Below the pieces are notes generated by a model that saw only the letters and a program-made list of their open reading frames with translations, ran no database searches and was not told the DNA's origin. From a virus: DNA of 64,000 nucleotides. How positions within the stretch are numbered: position 1 is the first letter of the stretch; every line of letters starts with the position of its first letter. A program made the position numbers and the translations under genes. The stretch spans positions 19,526 to 83,525 of the IMG/VR virus record IMGVR_UViG_3300021962_007571; one strand, written 5' to 3'. Below are positions 59,818 through 64,000 of this stretch, in pieces.

Positions 59818-61842
59818 ATGATAGAGTCAATGGATAACGAAAACCAAAAAGAAAACAAAAGAACCTCAGATTCATCAACACCCGCGTTAGACAATTTTAG
59901 TCGTGATTTGATTAAGTTGGCGGAACAAGGTAAATTAGACCCTGTTGTTGGTAGAGAAAAAGAAATTTTGCGTATCGCACAAATTCTTTCTCGTAGAAAG
60001 AAAAATAACCCAATTATCATAGGGGAACCAGGTTGTGGTAAAACCGCAATTGTTGAAGGTTTAGCTATGAAAATATACGAGGGTGATTGTCCAAGGAATC
60101 TAGCGGATAAAAGAATCTTATCTTTAGATATGACATCTATTGTTGCTGGTACAAAATATCGAGGACAATTTGAGGAAAGAATGAAAGTTGTAATTGAAGA
60201 ATTACAAGCTAACCCTGATATTATCATTTTTATTGATGAAATTCACACCATTGTAGGTGCGGGTAACTCATCAGGTTCATTAGACGCTTCTAATATCTTT
60301 AAACCTGCACTTGCTCGTGGTGAAATCCAATGTGTTGGAGCAACTACTTTAGACGAGTACCGTAAAAACTTTGAGAAGGATGGGGCTTTGGAGCGTCGTT
60401 TCCAAAAAGTAATTGTAGATGGGGCAACTAAAGAAGAGACTTTGGTTATTCTACAAAACCTAAAAGATAGATATGAGAATTTCCATAAAGTGTCTTTTAG
60501 TGATGAAGTACTTCAAACTTGTGTTAATCTAGCTGAAAGATATATTACAGATAGAGAATTCCCCGATAAGGCAATTGATATCTTAGATGAGGTTGGGGCT
60601 CGTAGTCAGGTCGATATTAAATTACCTGAAATTATTGAAGAGTTGAAATTGAAAGCTCTTGATATTAAAAATCAAAAGGTTGAGGTTGTTAAAAGTCAGA
60701 AGTACGAAGAGGCTGCTCAACTTAGAGATAAAGAACGAAAAATTACTTCTAAACTTGAGGAAGAGAAAAAGAAATTTGAGGATAGTCTAATCACCAAAAA
60801 GAAAGAAGTTAGTTTAGATTTAGTCTATGACGTAGTTTCAAATATGACTAAAATCCCAGTTAGTAAACTAAATGCTGACGATACCAAAGCGTTAGTTGAC
60901 TTAGACTCTAATCTAAACAAAAAGGTTATTGGTCAACCTGAAGCGGTTAAACGTATTGCAAAATCAATCCGTAGAAATCGTTTGGGAATTAAAGACCCAA
61001 ATCGCCCAATCGGTTCATTTATTTTCTTAGGGTCAACTGGTGTTGGTAAAACTTACTTGGCGAAACAATTGGCAAGAGAAGTGTTTGGTAGTGAAGATAA
61101 CCTTATCCGTGTGGATATGTCTGAGTACCAAGAGAAACACACCGTATCTCGTTTAATTGGAGCACCTCCAGGATATGTAGGATATGATGAGGGCGGACAA
61201 TTAACGGAACAAGTTAAAAACAAACCTTATTCTGTAATCTTGTTTGATGAGATTGAGAAAGCAAACAAAGATATCTTCTCATCTTTACTTCAAATGTTAG
61301 ATGATGGTCATATGACTGATGGATTAGGTCGTAAGATTAACTTCAAAAACTGTATCATCATTATGACATCAAACTTGGGAGTTAAAAAATTACAGGACTT
61401 TGGTAATGGTGTTGGGTTTTCAAATTCAAACAACGCCTTCGTTAATGAAGAGTTAAGAAAACAAACTCTACAAAAAGAATTGAAGAAATTCTTTGCACCT
61501 GAGTTCTTAAATCGTATTGACGATACCATCATATTCAATAGTCTTGGACAAAACGATGTTGATAAGATTGTTGCAATTGAATTAGATAAGTTAAAAGTTC
61601 GTTTAGATAATATGAAGTATAATATCACTTTTGATGAGTCAATTTCTAAAATGATTTCTAAAGTAGGATTTGATGAAATGTATGGAGCTCGTCCTTTAAA
61701 AAGAGCGATTCAAGACAAAGTGGAAGACTTCATTTCTGAAGAAGTTCTTAAAGGAAATCTTAAAGAAGAAGTTAAGTATGTCCTAATAACCGAAGATGGT
61801 GAAAATGTAACCATCCAATTTAAAAATAAAAAAGGGGTTTAA
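59818..61842 (+). CDS. clpC: ClpC-like double AAA+ ATPase lacking the N-terminal Clp repeat domain
   Basis: [17 protein letters not shown]-type M domain [29 protein letters not shown] loop, GARPL. Confidence 0.92.
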   Translation: MIESMDNENQKENKRTSDSSTPALDNFSRDLIKLAEQGKLDPVVGREKEILRIAQILSRRKKNNPIIIGEPGCGKTAIVEGLAMKIYEGDCPRNLADKRILSLDMTSIVAGTKYRGQFEERMKVVIEELQANPDIIIFIDEIHTIVGAGNSSGSLDASNIFKPALARGEIQCVGATTLDEYRKNFEKDGALERRFQKVIVDGATKEETLVILQNLKDRYENFHKVSFSDEVLQTCVNLAERYITDREFPDKAIDILDEVGARSQVDIKLPEIIEELKLKALDIKNQKVEVVKSQKYEEAAQLRDKERKITSKLEEEKKKFEDSLITKKKEVSLDLVYDVVSNMTKIPVSKLNADDTKALVDLDSNLNKKVIGQPEAVKRIAKSIRRNRLGIKDPNRPIGSFIFLGSTGVGKTYLAKQLAREVFGSEDNLIRVDMSEYQEKHTVSRLIGAPPGYVGYDEGGQLTEQVKNKPYSVILFDEIEKANKDIFSSLLQMLDDGHMTDGLGRKINFKNCIIIMTSNLGVKKLQDFGNGVGFSNSNNAFVNEELRKQTLQKELKKFFAPEFLNRIDDTIIFNSLGQNDVDKIVAIELDKLKVRLDNMKYNITFDESISKMISKVGFDEMYGARPLKRAIQDKVEDFISEEVLKGNLKEEVKYVLITEDGENVTIQFKNKKGV

Positions 61843-61857
61843 TACCCCTTTTTTTTA
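61829..61857 (+). terminator. Intrinsic terminator of clpC
   Basis: AAAAAGGGGT-ttaat-ACCCCTTTTTTTT. Confidence 0.8.
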
Positions 61858-61878
61858 TGACCAAATTTATAAATCATT

Positions 61879-61904
61879 AAAAAACCCCTCCAAAAGAAGG
61901 GGTT
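61879..61904 (-). terminator. Intrinsic terminator of the peptidase gene
   Basis: AAAAAACCCCT...AGGGGTT. Confidence 0.65.
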
Positions 61905-61910
61905 ATTTTT

Positions 61911-62738
61911 TTACCAGTATCTAAACGATAAGGATTTTTGTTTTTCGTGAGTGTATTTTTGATACCCTAACAATTCAATCATTTGTTTACCAACATCAAT
62001 ACCGTTAAACGTATCTTCCACAACCACATATTCGTTTTTAGTATGATAATCGTAATACCCTATTGAAATATTAATACAGGAGAAATCAAATTTAGTTTTC
62101 AATGCGTAAACATCAGTATATGGATGTATCATATATTTTCGGTTACTCATACCTTCAGTGATTACTTTATCACATTTTTCAAAGAATTCACTGTCTCTAT
62201 CAAATAATTTAGCACCATAACAAGTTTCTGTTACCATCCAATTTTCAGGTGCGTCGAACTGAATTGCATATCCTACGTTTGTGAAGAAACTTGGGTCCGC
62301 CATTTTTGAACCGTGACAACCTGTTTCCTCAGATACAAAGAATGCCGCTTTAAGATTTGGTAATTCTTTTAGAAGTTCAAAACAGGCAAAAACTCCGCAC
62401 TTATCATCACCTCCAATACCTGTTGGGTTACCACTATCATTATACGCTTTAAGTGATAGTTTTAATTCACCCTCAGTATTTGGTAACATTTCTTCTCTAA
62501 CATTGATAGTGTCTAATTCGTGGACCGTATCGGTGTGTGCAATAACACAAGGAAAAACAAAGTCTTCAGGAAGTTCTCCTGTTTGTTTTATCGCATAAAC
62601 ATTTAAATGTTCGTCAACGTAGTGTTCAATATTATTGGACTTTAACCAGTCAACAATAAATTGAACCATTAAATCTTCTTGATATGTGTGGGTAGGTACT
62701 GATAGGACCTCCTTTAGTAACTGCAAATCTCTTGCCAT
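61911..62738 (-). CDS. M20/M28-clan zinc peptidase
   Basis: AHTDTV, GGDDKCG, EETG, QFD, GYY..HT..E. Confidence 0.85.
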   Translation of the reverse strand: MARDLQLLKEVLSVPTHTYQEDLMVQFIVDWLKSNNIEHYVDEHLNVYAIKQTGELPEDFVFPCVIAHTDTVHELDTINVREEMLPNTEGELKLSLKAYNDSGNPTGIGGDDKCGVFACFELLKELPNLKAAFFVSEETGCHGSKMADPSFFTNVGYAIQFDAPENWMVTETCYGAKLFDRDSEFFEKCDKVITEGMSNRKYMIHPYTDVYALKTKFDFSCINISIGYYDYHTKNEYVVVEDTFNGIDVGKQMIELLGYQKYTHEKQKSLSFRYW

Positions 62739-62776
62739 AATTTTAGTTTATTAGACACAAAGATAGGCATTTTATT

Positions 62777-63805
62777 TTAATCAAACAACTCTGGATGATA
62801 TAAAAAATTATTAAATTGTTCTAAATCGTAATTCCCTTTCTTAAAATCCATAGTACCCTTTGCTTTATACTCAACTTCAATTTTATTGTTTTCAGGATTT
62901 ACTCTTATAACTTTGAACATCATTTTATTTTCATCTTTTGGTCTACCATACCAAACATTATATTTAAATTTTTTACCAATGAGTGATACTATTTTTTTAT
63001 ACTCATCTAAATTAGCGAACTTATCATCATCCTCCATATCGGATATAATAGACTCTAATTGGTATTTTACACTTCGATTAAATGAAGTAGAATCAAATTC
63101 ATTACTACCCATATAATCGTACATATTATTCCAATAATCACCATCAACTGACTTATCGTGACCAACTTTTTTTAATAACGTAAATAAGTCACTATTTTTT
63201 TCTCCGTACTTATCGTACAATTTAATTAAATTATCAACCGTTGTCATATATTTGTAAAAACAACCTTGGGTGTTGTGAATACCGTTTTCTAAAAATATAT
63301 CACATAATTCCTTATTTATTTCCTTTTCCATAGAATTCTTCATTCCTGAGTCCATCTCAACTTCATAATCACCTATAATATAATCAACTCGTTTACTAAA
63401 CAAATCATTAAGTAATCTACAAAATTCTATCGCCTGACTATCGTCTTGTAAGTTTAGATTTGGAGCTACTAATCTTTTAATTTCCTCCATTAATTCTTTA
63501 TTCTCATTATCAAAATAAGGAAACACATAACCTTGACTCCAATCTTCCTCGGCTCTGTAATTGTCAAATAATTCCAAGTTACTATATGATGAATATAAAT
63601 TATTTAAAAACCAAATATCGTCATCTGATAAGTCAAACAATCTAAAATATTGTTCATCATTTTCAAATTTTAGACTAATAATACCATTATCTCTAACATT
63701 AAAAATTAACTCGTCATTTAAACCTTTACCATCAATTAATCCCCTTTTAAACATATGTAGTTGCATATATAACCAATCGGGATTTGACTCTTTTAGTATT
63801 TTCAT
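62777..63805 (-). CDS. Hypothetical protein
   Basis: 342-aa ORF, late motif upstream, leader MKILKES. Confidence 0.6.
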   Translation of the reverse strand: MKILKESNPDWLYMQLHMFKRGLIDGKGLNDELIFNVRDNGIISLKFENDEQYFRLFDLSDDDIWFLNNLYSSYSNLELFDNYRAEEDWSQGYVFPYFDNENKELMEEIKRLVAPNLNLQDDSQAIEFCRLLNDLFSKRVDYIIGDYEVEMDSGMKNSMEKEINKELCDIFLENGIHNTQGCFYKYMTTVDNLIKLYDKYGEKNSDLFTLLKKVGHDKSVDGDYWNNMYDYMGSNEFDSTSFNRSVKYQLESIISDMEDDDKFANLDEYKKIVSLIGKKFKYNVWYGRPKDENKMMFKVIRVNPENNKIEVEYKAKGTMDFKKGNYDLEQFNNFLYHPELFD

Positions 63806-63838
63806 CTATATTTACTTTAACAATAAATACATTGAACA

Positions 63839-63870
63839 TTTGGATATTTAAAAAACAAATCGTATCTTTG
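63839..63870 (+). promoter_or_regulatory. Bacteroidota-type promoter of the tmRNA
   Basis: TTTG-N20-TATCTTTG. Confidence 0.7.
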
Positions 63871-63889
63871 TACTGTTCTTTGAAAATAT

Positions 63890-64000
63890 GGGGATGAATG
63901 GAATCGATTGGCATTGTTGCGTATCGGTGGCACGTCGGAACTGAATTAATTCCGTAAAAACTGATTCAAAACTGTAAACGGCAACGTTTTAGACAAAATG
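63890..64000 (+). ncRNA. ssrA: tmRNA, 5' part (truncated by the window end)
   Basis: GGGGATGAATGGAATCGA resembles the tmRNA 5' end; resume-like context TAAAC-GGC opening a tag GNVLDKM... Confidence 0.75.

Noticed and set aside
63890-63965. tRNA gene
   Set aside because: No anticodon or T arm at tRNA spacing; the sequence fits a tmRNA 5' end
1-64000. Stop-codon reassignment as in some jumbo phages
   Set aside because: Core genes are full length in the standard code; TAA dominates but TAG (41336) and TGA (56364) also end genes
1-64000. Bacterial chromosome or eukaryotic giant virus origin
   Set aside because: T4-like gp17/gp20/gp21/gp23 module, bacterial terminators and bS21 indicate a tailed bacteriophage

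Overview
This AT-rich window is part of a large T4-like (Caudoviricetes, myovirus-type) jumbo phage genome, most probably infecting Bacteroidota. The host call rests on a phage-encoded ribosomal protein bS21, a DUF4494 protein and repeated TTTG-N20-TAnnTTTG host-type promoters. The window holds the head module (terminase, portal, gp21-like protease, acidic scaffold, gp23-like major capsid protein), neck, baseplate/spike and fibre-like genes, a family B DNA polymerase, an SNF2 helicase, a sigma-like factor and two glycosyltransferase clusters. Auxiliary genes include SOD, dUTPase, PhoH, MgsA, SlyD, ClpC, a peptidase and the 5' end of a tmRNA. The most notable candidates are: (1) a possible phage-encoded mucin-type O-glycosylation system (a GT60 enzyme plus four GT-like genes next to Thr-run, Pro-Thr and Gly-Thr-Ser virion proteins); (2) an unannotated ~110-nt small RNA with its own promoter and two hairpins showing an identical 16-nt loop, convergent with an RNase-toxin-like gene; (3) a ubiquitin-like protein without diglycine inside the fibre operon; (4) a TATTTAT late-promoter motif that often lies 4-5 nt before the ATG; and (5) putative capsid-packaged cargo proteins sharing an (I/L/T)xE leader, including a SOD fused to a nuclease-like domain. 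All calls come from motif recognition by eye, with no database searches.
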